From positions 1 to 64,000 of the forward strand of contig NW_019091359.1 in assembly GCF_001949145.1 (NCBI RefSeq): a DNA stretch of 64,000 nucleotides, read 5' to 3'. The DNA comes from Acanthaster planci (lineage: Eukaryota). This document shows, piece by piece, positions 1 through 12,360 of the stretch (within the stretch, counting starts at the first letter, position 1; every line of letters starts with the position of its first letter). The translations under genes were made by a program, and so were the position numbers. The notes beneath the pieces were generated by a model that ran no database searches, was not told the origin of the DNA, and saw only the letters and a list, made by a program, of their open reading frames with translations.

Positions 1-816
1 ATATGTTGGGATGTCATTTACATAGAGGAGAAACTGCAGGGGGCCCAGGGGCATGCCCTGGGGCACGCCAGATGAAACTTCTATGAACGGAGTTCTAACA
101 TATGATCAGGGTTTATCCAGGTGCTCATACATCTTATGCAACAGAATAGAGACAGCATCTTCAACCCCATGTTTGGCCTGGTATAAAAGCAAATTGAAAT
201 GGGTGTGTAAAAGGTTTGGTTTGTTGTACGAGAAGGTCTCTAACTAAGCTCTCAAAGCATTTAATAACAATTGAGGTGAGTGCTATTGGTCGATAATCAT
301 TAAGACAGCTGGGCTTAGGGACCTTTGATACTGGTGTTAGAATTGATGCTTTCCAAACATCAGGAACATTACAGCACCTAAGTGACCACGTAAACAGAAA
401 ATGAAATACATGGGAAAGCTGATGAGAACAATATTATTTCAGAATCTTTCCTGTTGCAAATATCAGTTAACTTCTTACACTGAGCTGAAAGATTGCTACC
501 TGATTTAACTGGCTGATTGGTCCAATTGGTATCCTTAATTTAAGGTTGAAATCTCCTCCCAACCAGATTTCACAATTACCTTTGGTAGATTGATGAAATT
601 TTGACAGAGATGAGTTCAACATGTCAATAGGTCCATGCGAGGAGTCTGGGTTGTAAAAAGCACCAACATACACTTTTTTCTTTGGTCCACACTCAACATG
701 AACCCAGATGCATTCAGAATGAGTGTTGAGGTCATTATTGAGATGGCACGAGAGAGTTTTAGCACCTAGCAGAACCCCCCCCCACCATTAGCACGATCTT
801 TCCTGAAGATGGAACA
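1..816 (-). mobile_element. Decayed non-LTR retrotransposon fragments (APE endonuclease ~460-816; Rex1/Babar- or CR1-like RT pieces 1-~420)
   Basis: Minus-strand peptides IFRKDRANGGGGVL, YVGAFYNP, IWLGGDFNL, NDYRPIALTSIVIKCFESL, GVEDAVSILLHKMYEHLDKP and SGVPQGMPLGPLQFLLYVNDIP, with internal deletions and stops. Confidence 0.75.
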
Positions 817-1449
817 CTCAGGTGGGTGCCACGGTAGTGGTTGTACTACTACTGTGGCACGGTAGTAGTTCTACTTCTACTAATACAGAGAGAGCCGTGG
901 AATTTAAAGATGGCTGACATGCTGCAGGTTCGACATAGTTCAATTGCACAGTAGATACAAAATGTTTAAAACTCATCGCAAATTCAACATTAGGTACTAC
1001 TTCGCTAATACACGATATCACAAAAACATCTAAATGGATAAAAATGGGTTAAAGACCAAGATGGCTAATTGAAACGTGAAAAATAAATGATTAAAAAGCT
1101 AAAATTCGCCCCCAAAATAAAAGCCATCGAACTCCGTCACAGCTAATGTTAATGGGGATATACGCATGCACTGCATGCAGTGATAATGGACATTGCATTA
1201 TGACAACCATACATGTAACAGCTCATGCATCATCACAAGCTATGAACAAAGGTAGATTGGAGTGAGATGAGATTTTATTTTCTGAGCTAAATTTTTTTCC
1301 CCAATATTTTATATGCAACTTGTTTCTCATTAGCTAAAAAAAAATGCACAGCATATAATACCTCATGAGAATTTTATTTTCATCTTGACCCTGGAGCGGA
1401 ACTGTTTTCATTTTTTTTTCATATTTGACTGGCAACTTGTTTCCTGAAG

Positions 1450-1933
1450 CTTAAGCATTCAGAATTCTGCCGCTAGACTTGTTACACGGTCATCATCTAG
1501 GCAACATATAATTCCTATTCTTCACACTCTTTACTGGCTACCTGTCAATGAGTGAATCGTTTTCAAAATTCTATTCCCTCACTCACAAATGCATCCATGG
1601 CTCAACACCAGCATACTTCCATGAACTTATTAAAGTATACCAGCCACGACACACCCTCCGTTAAAGCTCAACATTGCAGCTCAATACACCAGTCACTCGT
1701 ACTAAGACCTATGGGCGTCGTACCTTCATGCATGCATCGCCACCGCTTTGGAACTGTCTTCCACACCATATCAGAACTGTCAATAACGAAAATGAATTTA
1801 AAGCAGTCCTTAAAACTTACTTGTTCCAGTAATTGCTTCTAATTGTTGTTTCTTGTGAAGCGCATGGAGACTTTAGTGAGAAACTGTGTGAATAAAAACT
1901 GTGTTGTTATTATTATTATTATTATTATTATTA
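1450..1933 (+). mobile_element. 5'-truncated L2-clade LINE 3' end with (ATT)n tail
   Basis: IQNSAARLVTR...HTLYWLPV..IVFKIL...SPPLWNCLP...FKAVLKTYLF ORF2 C-terminus, followed by a (TTA)n microsatellite at ~1905-1933. Confidence 0.8.
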
Positions 1934-2599
1934 AGCCATGAAAGCAGAAAACAATGTGCAAAGAATATCATATACTGCTAGCTCATAAGAATTTCATTTA
2001 AACCAAAAACTGGAGCTAGAACATTTATTTTCACATTTATGGGCCATCGCTCAGCTAAAAATGTAACTTACTACGTGTATCTTGTAACATGTAACAAATA
2101 CAGCTCCCAATAAAAGACCAGCGCACTCTGCTTTATGGGTAACAGGAGTCCCTGTTCTGACCAATTTATTGTTATGGCCTGTTACTTGTTTCCATCAACC
2201 AGTTGAAATACACTCGTAAATGATAATAAAAATTGTAATTAAACAGTAATGAGATGAATAAGGATTGAAGCAGTGCTATTTGCATATTCGCCTTATAACT
2301 GACATTAGTTTGACTCGAAAGGCACTACATTGTATCAACATAACCCCCAAAAGCTGATACGAATTGAATTTTACAAAATGTTTAATATGGCAATAAATGT
2401 ACTTGCTTTCAATAACAAGGAAGTTAAAGGTTATATCAATCTTATACATGAATAACATGCTACAACCTGAAAAACCAGCCAGAATGTGAGTCCCAACCAC
2501 CACCAGTTCCGTGATCCAAGGGTACATGTTGGGGCCCTGGATGACAGGGCTCCCCACAATACTGGCACAAAACACAACGATACAAAAAAACAGCGCATT

Positions 2600-5500
2600 T
2601 ACAACCTAATATACCTTTTGAAAGCATCAGAGTTCCAACGCCCCATTTCACGGATCTGTGTGTCTGAGAACCCCATGGCTGCTACACAGCATGCAGCTCC
2701 AATGCGGAAACTGTGACCTCTATAAATCATGGGGTCCAGGTCACAAAATTGAAGTGCAACCTGCAAGGCTGAATTGAATTCCGATCAAGTGATCGGGCTA
2801 CCCGACAGCCAAATAAACAGGTATCCTGGCTGAGTACCTCATAGTTTAATATATTACTCCAAAGCCTGCACTGCCCCAATTTGGTATTCACGAAACAATT
2901 CTCTTTGTTTGTTGTGACATGTTGCATTTTCAAGATGTTGTCTATATTCCCACTGGATTTTGTCATCTCCCCGACATGCAGAATTGCAGCAAACACCAAC
3001 TTCAACATACTGGTGAACAAAACCTGCTGAAAATTTGAGCCAGTACAGTGCTTAAGAGCATCTACCAGCTTTTGAAGTAATGGCTGAGTGATAAGCAAAC
3101 GCATGTCTACCCTTGGGTTATCCCTTTTTGCACCTAATATTGCTTTCCGTACCAGAAAATGATCGGAAGGACCATACATGCTGTACAGTTAGTGTACGTA
3201 ACCAATGGATGAGACAAAGGTAGCTGTCATTGTTGAGGCATATTGCCTGCTATGTAAATGGCAACAAACAGAACAGGTGCAACTGTCAAAGTCTTATCAA
3301 AAGAAAAGAGCTCATGAAATTCCGACGAAACTGGGATCGCTCTCTGATAGGTATTCCAGGTGGCTTTGGACATAGACATGTCCAATAATCCTAAGAGTTT
3401 AGGCACCAATTGCATGTCATGATGTTTTCCGGCGCCACTACTGGGGATGGCTCTGCCCAGGGCACTAGCTGTTCGAAGGCAGTGACCTATTGAGACAAAT
3501 GGTCTGCTAATACATTCAAACTGCCTGGTACATGCTGAGCTTTAAACAATATATTGTAATATCATCAACTTCCTATCCTTAGAGGTAGTGGCGTTTATGA
3601 CATATACCAGAGTTTGGTTGTCAATATGCAGTGNNNNNNNNNNNNNNNNNNNNNNNNNNNNNNNNNNNNNNNNNNNNNNNNNNNNNNNNNNNNNNNNNNN
3701 NNNNNNNNNNNNNNNNNNNNNNNNNNNNNNNNNNNNNNNNNNNNNNNNNNNNNNNNNNNNNNNNNNNNNNNNNNNNNNNNNNNNNNNNNNNNNNNNNNNN
3801 NNNNNNNNNNNNNNNNNNNNNNNNNNNNNNNNNNNNNNNNNNNNNNNNNNNNNNNNNNNNNNNNNNNNNNNNNNNNNNNNNNNNNNNNNNNNNNNNNNNN
3901 NNNNNNNNNNNNNNNNNNNNNNNNNNNNNNNNNNNNNNNNNNNNNNNNNNNNNNNNNNNNNNNNNNNNNNNNNNNNNNNNNNNNNNNNNNNNNNNNNNNN
4001 NNNNNNNNNNNNNNNNNNNNNNNNNNNNNNNNNNNNNNNNNNNNNNNNNNNNNNNNNNNNNNNNNNNNNNNNNNNNNNNNNNNNNNNNNNNNNNNNNNNN
4101 NNNNNNNNNNNNNNNNNNNNNNNNNNNNNNNNNNNNNNNNNNNNNNNNNNNNNNNNNNNNNNNNNNNNNNNNNNNNNNNNNNNNNNNNNNNNNNNNNNNN
4201 NNNNNNNNNNNNNNNNNNNNNNNNNNNNNNNNNNNNNNNNNNNNNNNNNNNNNNNNNNNNNNNNNNNNNNNNNNNNNNNNNNNNNNNNNNNNNNNNNNNN
4301 NNNNNNNNNNNNNNNNNNNNNNNNNNNNNNNNNNNNNNNNNNNNNNNATTTGTGTGAACCAATCACATTGAGGGCAGAAGATGCAGCATGATCTTCTTGT
4401 TGGCAAAACAACTTGCCCACACTTCAAATGACGCAACAATGGGGTAGAACTCTTTTATTGTCATATTTTTCAATAACCAGGTTTTAGGCCACCGTCCACT
4501 GAACCACTGTCTTCCTAAAAGGGCCCCATAGCCAAGTGCCCCTGATGCTTCAGTGTATAGGTGCAAGGCTTTGTTGCTGAGCCAGGTGTCAGACAGGAAA
4601 AAGGCTTTACAGTTGTGAGTTTCCAAGAAAACCTGCCATGCAGCCAAGTCAGCCTTTGCATCTTGTGTGAGTCTAATATGGTGCCTGGGATTACTAACCC
4701 CCAGTGTTACATTTATGAGCCTACATGTACGCAGAAAAGCCCTACCAGGAACTACAACCTTACATGCAAAGTTCAGTAGACTGAGCAGAGACTGCAAGTC
4801 ACGTGACGTGACTTTTTTTTGCATTGACATTGAGGTTATCTTTTCAATGGCCTTGAGTTTCTTTTCGAGTGGAAGGCGGGCTTCCATACGAACAGTGTCT
4901 AGTTCTATTCCTGCAAAAATGAGACATATCATAGGCCCCTTGGTTTTATCTTTCTAGTGGTACCCCCAGTTGTTTGCACAAAGATATGAAGGCAATTTTA
5001 TCTTGATAACTTCTTTCTCATTGTGTGCCAGCAGGAAGTCATCCAACCGATGGATCATATGTTGGGCCCCTAATTTATTAAGCGCTATCCACTGGAGTGC
5101 TGTACTAAATCTTTCAAAAATCGTACAGCTGGACCTACAACCCATCGGGCGAGTTTTATCGTAATAAAATTTCTGGACCCACTGAATGATAATCCTCGGG
5201 GTGCACTGGAATAATTTCTAATGCAGACTCGACATCAAGCTTCACTATTAAATAATGCCGGCCTAGCTGTTTGATAATGGAAACTGCATCATCTATTGAT
5301 GCGTAGTGAACCACTGCATGCTCATCTGGGATGCTCTATTTACCGAATCACCATCAGGATAAGATAGGTGGTGTGTAATACGGAATTTCCGTGGCTGCTT
5401 CTTACATGTAGGTGCCAGTCCTACGGGACTCACAACAAAAATTGGGCAGTGGGGGATCATTGCAAGAGGCCAACCAACCTGCCGGCAGAAACCTCACTTT

Positions 5501-6190
5501 GTAGTTTCTCGGTAACGACGTCAGGCATATCCAAAGCCGACACCAAATTTCTGCATATTTTGTCCCTGCGCAAACCCTCATGCCCAAGCTTAAAAATCAC
5601 ATTCAAATCCATTGACTAAAACTTTAGTCTTGTTCAGGTTATAACCTAACAAAAACTGCCTTAATGCATGTACATTGACAGGCGTGATAATCATGTTAGT
5701 TAACAGGCCGTTGATGGCCTTATCCTGTCCCTTAACCCCCACTGAATGATCGATTAGTCCCTGTACCATTCCTGAAAGGGTCGATCATGCCTGGTGGATG
5801 GTTGTGCCAGATATTCCCCGCACTAAATCTGTACTGGCATTTAGAAATGGAGTGGTTACAGAAACATTTGAAGCACTGGTGGCGGTATGTGCAACTGGAG
5901 GAGCACAGTTGGGCACAGTGGAAGTGAAAACAATAGCCATTAGGGACAAACCCTTGGTTTGCTTGACTGCCAGGGCCGAGGTTACCTACCCCTTGCTTAG
6001 GAGGATACAACAAAGCATCAGTGACATTGTGCATGGCCAGGTGCAGAGACTTAAGGTATAGTTCAGGGTGCAGCATGTACCATGACATCTGGCACTTTTG
6101 TCTAGCCTTCCTAAAACTGGAATCATAGAAATTGAAATCACCACCCTCCTCTACAACCATGTGAACAATCACTCCATATTTCAAGGGTTT
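2600..6190 (-). mobile_element. Ngaro-like tyrosine-recombinase retrotransposon, decayed (gag ~5732-6184; RT ~4954-5700; RNase H ~3500-4932 across gap; YR ~2601-3415)
   Basis: Cys/His-rich gag end (GYCFHFHCAQLCSSSCTYRHQCFKC), RT motifs FRITHHLSYP, PMGCRSSCTIFERFS and HRLDDFL, RNase H LYTEASGALGYGA...WFSGRWP, and recombinase motif GHSFRIGAA...IREMGRWNSDAFKRYIR. Many stops and frameshifts. Confidence 0.85.
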
Positions 6191-6194
6191 CCCA

Positions 6195-6671
6195 ACTACT
6201 GAGGGATATTTCTGAGTAAAAACAGTGTAGAAGATAGAAAAGGCAGAAACCCATTGCCCAAATGTTCTCAGCTCCTTCTTTCCACCCTTGAGAAAACATT
6301 ACGTTGTTACGTTGGGAGCCGCATGGGTTTCTCATGCCTTCAATTGGCTTCCTGACGAAGGATCAGACTCCCTCACCCGATCCTCCCAACATCTTTGCAC
6401 TATCCACCTCCTTACATCCTGAAGATGGATAAACGTTGATGCCCTGTTAGTGTCCTGAAGTGGTACCTGACTAAAACAATAGCATGAGAGGGACAATAAG
6501 CCTGTCGCTCATGAAACCATACCGTCCAGCAGCTTCAGTGACTCTTGCCCACTAGATGACCTCGGCCATTAGATTAGCTAATCCAGTCTAGCCATCAAGC
6601 TCTGATGAACATAGTCAACGCTATATCAGGGTTCATGATGTAAGAGCAGTATCTGCATCTTGGTTTTACTC
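6195..6671 (+). mobile_element. DIRS1-like element copy A, tyrosine recombinase fragment (5' of L1/Tx1 insertion)
   Basis: Aligns by eye to 21980-22570: WEPHG, GFLTKDQTPS, VLKWYLTKT, YIRVHDVRAVSAS. Confidence 0.75.
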
Positions 6672-8231
6672 TTTATTTTTTTTTCCGAGTAACTCAGTTA
6701 TTTCTCTTTCTTCAGTTCACATTCACATAACACAAGATACACTAGATTATTGTGAACGTTATTAAAATTAGATATGGAAAAGTAATCACCAAATTTAGTG
6801 ACATTCGAAAGTAAGATTAATATTACCAAATAACATAGTCTGATTGTCCAAGTACAAACTTATGCAAGTTTTCTCTTTAATCCACAAAACTAGAGAGGAC
6901 CAGAAGTTTCCTGAATAAGTACAGCTACAGAAAAGATGAATTAGGCATTCTTCCTCAGTTTTACAAAAAGTAAAAGTGTTGGAATCAGCCTTGTTGAGTT
7001 TGAAAAGAAATGAATTTGTACCCAGTATTCTATGAATTAGACGAAATTGAAGCCATCTTAATTTTGTGTCAGTTGTGCATGAGAAAGGAACCTTGAAAAT
7101 TAAGGACATTGACTTAAATCGTAGTCAATATGTAACCTGTTATTCCACTTTTCTACCTATTTTCTTACTACTTTCTTTGAAGAAATAAAAGTCTGGGAAA
7201 ATCTCTTAGAACCTCTCTTCTCCCGTAAAAGAACTTCCAAATTAAAAGGAATGAAGGGACGGTTCACATTCCTGTTCTCCGTTTCAAGTACATCTTGGAA
7301 GGTACACTTAACGGCTTTAACTACAGCACCGTATTCAATAAAGTTTGTACGCATGTTAAATTTGTTTTTGAAAGAATTAAGTGGTAGAAACTTTCCATTG
7401 TCATCTAGAAGATCACTAATATAAAGAATACTGGCCGACGCCCAGTGTCTATAATAAATACATTTGCTACCAACTTCAACAAGATCGTTGAACCAAAGAC
7501 TTCTTTTTTAGATGTCTTTGTGGGACATAGGTTTATGGCAAATTTATACCAGCAGTTTAATACATCGGCCCAAAATTGATTTTGTTCATAGAAATGGTTA
7601 TTAGCAGTAAACCAATGAAAAGAACCCCCTTTGAGAACCGTCAAACTATAGGTACTAAGTATAACATGGGCCAAAAGTGACCAGGCAAAGCCTTCTGAAA
7701 CTAAAAGCCTACGGAGCCAAGTAATTTTTAGAGCATCGATGTACCGGGATAAGCTCTGGTATCTTCAAGCCACCCACACTGTAGTCTTGAACCATCTGGT
7801 TTCTAGTAACACAATCTTTTCCCTTTCATATGAATTGAAAAACATGTTGTTCAGATCATCCACAATATACTTCGGAGGGTCAGGAATGGTCAATACACAT
7901 TACGTAAGTTTCGACATAAGAAGAGATTTAACTACAGTCACTCGGCCAAGAACCATCAAATTCCATTTTGACCACTGAACAATGTCTTTCCTCAATGATA
8001 ACAACACTCTATTATAATTAAGCGAGGCTATTGAACACAGATCTGTTGAAAAACAAATGCCAAGCACTCAAAAGTAATATTTGCAAAATGGTCAAGAACA
8101 TTGAAAGCACCGTACATAGATCTTTCAGTTCCATCGAAAGGCAATACTCTATCATCAGCAAAATATGGAAGGGCTGCGGAGCACAGTGATCAGAATATCA
8201 ACAAGAATATAAGATTAATCAGTGCGCTGAA

Positions 8232-8270
8232 ATATAGCTTTTGGTAACTGAGTACCTTCTTCAGGGCAAG
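8232..8270 (-). ncRNA. Degenerate minimal hammerhead-ribozyme-like motif in an inverted Penelope pseudo-LTR
   Basis: Minus strand reads CC-CTGAAGA-A-GGTA-ctcagt-TACC-AAAA-GCTA: conserved CUGANGA box, 4-bp helix II, AAAA instead of GAAA, AGCU palindromic helix III. No helix I pairing evident. Confidence 0.5.
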
Positions 8271-8339
8271 CAGATTCAGTTCTGAATGAATGCAGAAAAA
8301 TCCACGGTCATTCCCCCCGGATGCAGCGTTCCAAGTTCG

Positions 8340-8925
8340 AAAATGACAGGCTGCTCCAAACTGGTCGTTCCCAACCCACGCAAGGCAGTCTTCCACTTGC
8401 TGCCCAAAATTCACAAATCCAGAAATCCAGGCCGCCCCATCATGTCTGCGTGTAGTTGTCCCACTGAATTGATATACACATCCATTCCCCACGCGGGTGG
8501 TTGGGTTGCACTCAAACACTATCTAGATCTCCACCAGACTCAGGATCCTCCTAACAACACTCTGCTCCATCTGGCTGAGTTGGTGATCAGGTTGAACAAC
8601 TTCACGTTCAACGGTGAGCACTACATTCAGACCAGTGGTGTGGCTATGGGCACACGGATGGGACAAAGTTATGCCTGTCTGTTTGTTGACCACAACGATG
8701 AACAGATGCTGACTCAATGTCAGGGCGTGCAGCCGTTAATGCACCGGTGCGTCCAGATCTGTGCGCGGAAACTTGGCACAACCATGCATTACAAACCCAC
8801 ATATTCCCACAGCTACCTGCAATACCAATTGTCTCACCCCCTCAAGTGTAAGAACTCCATCCCCTACTCTCAGTTTCTTTGACTGCGTAGGATTTGTAGT
8901 AGTGATACTGAATTCTCTGAGCGTA
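8340..8925 (+). mobile_element. Penelope-like element RT fragment nested in the L1/Tx1 element
   Basis: PRKAVFHLLPKIHK..NPGRPIMSACSCPTE, LNNFTFNGEHYIQTSGVAMGTRMGQSYACLFV, YKPTYSHSYLQY..SHPLKCKNSIPYSQFL*LRRICS. These are Penelope-type RT motifs with internal deletions. Confidence 0.85.
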
Positions 8926-11899
8926 ATAGGGCGCTAGTTCTTAAGAAATTGACAAGGTTTATCTCCCTTTGGCAAAAGAATAATAATACCATTCTTTCGA
9001 GTGACTGACAATTCACCTACAGTGTAGGCTAAATTCAGTGATCGAAGGAGCAACCATGACAGATCATTAACAAAAACTTGTAAAATTCTAAACTAAAACC
9101 GTCTGAGCCCGGAGATTTTTGTTTTTACTGCTCTTAAGGGCTCGTATGAGCTCTTCATGGGTCAACGGACCTTCCGTTTGGTCATGCACAGTATTGGAGA
9201 GAACAGGAGTGCTGCCTTGCTCAAAGATGGAGTGTGAAAATTAACTCTGTCTTCTTTCCTGTAAGAATACAATGCTTTATAAAACTCACGAGTTACTAAA
9301 AGAATGTCCTCACTCTGTGTTAGTCTAGAATTAGCATTAACATTAAAGGTAATTGATTTGATTGATTGCCACATTAAGGTTTCTCCCCTCTCTCCATCCA
9401 ACGAGTCTTCGACCTAATAAGCACACCCTCCATTTTAGATTTGCGGAGCTCAACAAGCTGCATTTACTTGTTGAAGAGAGCCTCCGTTGCACCCAGATCA
9501 CCCTCTGCAACTGTGACAGAAAGACCAGAAATTTCCTTCTTTAAGCTTTTTCTTCCATGCCTAAGAGGAGATTGTCTTAGCTCTGATTTTCATTAATAGG
9601 ACCTAAAAAAAAAGCTGGTCATTAATTGTGAAATGAATGGTGAATCTGGTGAATATTTTTTAGACCATTAATTGAATATGGAGATGCGGCATATTCTTGT
9701 ACAACTTCCCAAATGGTTTCCTTAACCAAATGTGCATAATTAACATCTGTAAGTAGGGCATTATTCCAATAACTTCCAATAACCATTACCATGATCTATT
9801 TGGTTCAAGTCTAACTGCAAATCAATTAACGAATGGTCACTTCTGTATTCTGACTTGATATCACCACTAACCAACTTTTAATTAAGTTCAGCAGAGATCA
9901 GAAGTCCAATATGAACTGTTTAAATGTATCATACTGTCTCCAGGTAAACTTCTTTAAATCTGGGTTATGAACTCTCCAAACATCAACTAAATCCCAATCG
10001 CCGCACTACTGCATCACTCTCTGTCTCGACAGAGTGTTATTAACCCTTCGGTAATTAACACAATCTCTGGACACATCTAATATCAAGTTCCAATCCCCAC
10101 AAATAATCACATGTGTAGCATCAAAATCACACAGAATGTTAGAAATACCCTCATAGAAGTTAGACATATCTGTATTGTAATTTCATAATCAAAATTATTA
10201 TTAAACAAAATGCCGACACCTCTTGCGTTACTTCTAAAGGAGCTAAATAACACTGTAATCCCCTTTCACTTCTCATTATGCTCTCCATATCTGTGTCAAA
10301 ATGTAAATCCTGCAAAAAACATATGGAGTACTTCTTATTTCTTAAAAAATGCAAAACATCTCCTTTTAACAAAGTTCCCCAAGCCCTGACAATTCATCGA
10401 GGCAATCGACAAATTGTTATGACCAGGCTTTACTCCCGGTTACCCCAAACAGAAGTTATTTTGTACCCGCTTTGCATATCAAATGCAAAGCATTTCAGCA
10501 ATGTAGGCTTAATTTGCATAACACCTACATGGGAACACATAATTTGAGGAACTATGTTGCATACAAAGCGAACTGCATGTTTTCATCTGAATAATACCAA
10601 AGTGGGAGCCTGGGAATTTTACATATGCCACACCCCACCCAAACAGAAGCAAAAATACATATCCTCCCACTACCCCAGAACACGTCCCCGAGAAAAAAAA
10701 AAACAGACCCATTGAGCATTAACCCACACCAAAGAAAAAACAGAAGAAAAAGGCAGTGAGTCAGAAAATATGGAAACTCCTACTAGATGCAGCAACCAAT
10801 GACACAGTGTTTTTACCCCTGATAGCGAGTGATGCACAAATGATTCCATCGGGGCTCACGTAACTAAAACATTACTAAATGATCCGACTAATCTGCAAGT
10901 CAACAAAAAGTAAAACTCTTTTGTCTGGAATACCTTCAAGTTATGGCCGAAAAGAACAACCCACACAGAGTACAAATTATGGAAAAAACTGTTGGTGATT
11001 ATACCACTTACCCGGGAGTGTAAAGGTACCCAAAATCGTGATTATTGAGACCTAAATTGTCTGATTAAAATCAAAGGGGATGCCGTTGTTGCTCCTCCAA
11101 CGACCCACGGAAAATCTCAGTTTTCTATCCTTTTCATACAAGGCCCTTACCTCCGTCTTCCAGCGCAGTTTTTCCCTCCTGTCCGTTGCCGTCAGGTTGT
11201 CTAGGATGAATACGGACGTTCCCTCCAGAGCTTTACGATGTTCTTTTATCACCTTCAGCTTGTCCTGATAGCTCAACAATTTTACCAGAATGTGAGCTGG
11301 CCTCCCCTGTTTGTCAGGACCGTCACGGTGGGCACGTTCAATCTCCAGAAAATCACACCAACCAAAGTTTGTACCGAGAATATCCACGATTTTATTGCAT
11401 GCAATTTTCTCCCTGGGTTCTAGGTACAGCCACCACTCTGAAGTTGTTCCAGCGGAAAACCTCTCTTGTTTATTAATTTCTATGGACTGTTTTTCTAGCA
11501 TGATCTTCATCGATAAGAGCTTTGCTTTCAGATAGCTGACTTCTTTCTCCAACACCAATGTTGCTTTCTCGAGGTCTGAGATATGTTCACTGTTGAACTC
11601 AATGGATGCGGCTAACCTGGCCTCTCGCTGTTTCTGACCTTCCACAAGTTTTGCCAGCATAGACCTGACGAACACCTCAAACTACTGGGAGCTGGGGTCA
11701 CCATCTTTTTCACTGGAGTCATCAGAATCATCTCCTCGGGAGGCCATGGGCATCTGTCTGGCAGGAGATGCACTTGCGCCAGTCCTTTTTCCACCATGTT
11801 GTTCAGACGGCAATGCAGGTTCTCGGTCGAGTGAGCTTGAATGTATGGGAGCCCCATGAGCGTACGTCTTACTCCAACGGCATCATCAGTTGCAATGGG

Positions 11900-12360
11900 A
11901 GACATTCTGTTGAAGACGTTTGCAAAGCTGCATGATGGAAGTCTCCCTCTACCTCCTGCTACTTGAGAGATGTCCTGCAGACCAACATCACAAATGGCAA
12001 AGGCACCTCCTGTAGGTCGAACGACAGGTCATAATGAAGTTCCTTTACTATTTCTTAAATTTATACATGCTTGTTTATATGTGAAAGTGTATTCTTGGCA
12101 TTACATGTGTTGTTGCCAACCCCCACCTAGATCGGTGCTACTCTGCATATGTGGTGACTGTTTGGGTAGGTAGAGCGCCGTAGACTCCTCCCCCTTTAAG
12201 TGTGGGCCAGGTCTATGATCATGGCAGTGAGGCTGAACTGCAGTGTGGGAGATCAGGGTGCACCACGGTTGATCAAATCTTTTCAGCAAATAAATAATAG
12301 GCTCGTGGGAAATTTGCATATGTAGTGACTGTTTGGGTAGGTTTTCTGTAGTAGACCACA
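11900..12360 (+). mobile_element. DIRS1-like element copy A, recombinase C-terminus and 3' terminal repeat region
   Basis: SVEDVCKAA*WKSPST..CYLRDVL matches 22580-22660. The repeat TGCATATGT(G/A)GTGACTGTTTGGGTAGGT occurs at ~12144 and ~12315, as in copy B (22897, 23168). Confidence 0.8.

Larger units (their letters stand above)
6672..11890 (-). mobile_element. L1/Tx1-clade LINE, near full-length but decayed (ORF1 ~11052-11797; ORF2 endonuclease ~9160-10400; RT C-terminus and Cys-rich domain ~6795-8160; A-rich tail ~6672-6684)
   Basis: ORF1 with coiled-coil and IERAHR motif. Endonuclease NCQGLG..., ICFLQDLHF, IICGDWNLILD and SDHSL. Also KTRWMERGEKP, ADD, GGLKIP and LRWLQFRLIHRILGTN...FCKTEEECLIHLFCSC. 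Confidence 0.85.

Noticed and set aside
3542..4439. Long ORFs over N-gaps (also ~19.2-20.2, 32.0-32.7, 41.2-41.8, 43.2-43.8 and 53.2-53.6 kb)
   Set aside because: Artefacts of translating runs of N.
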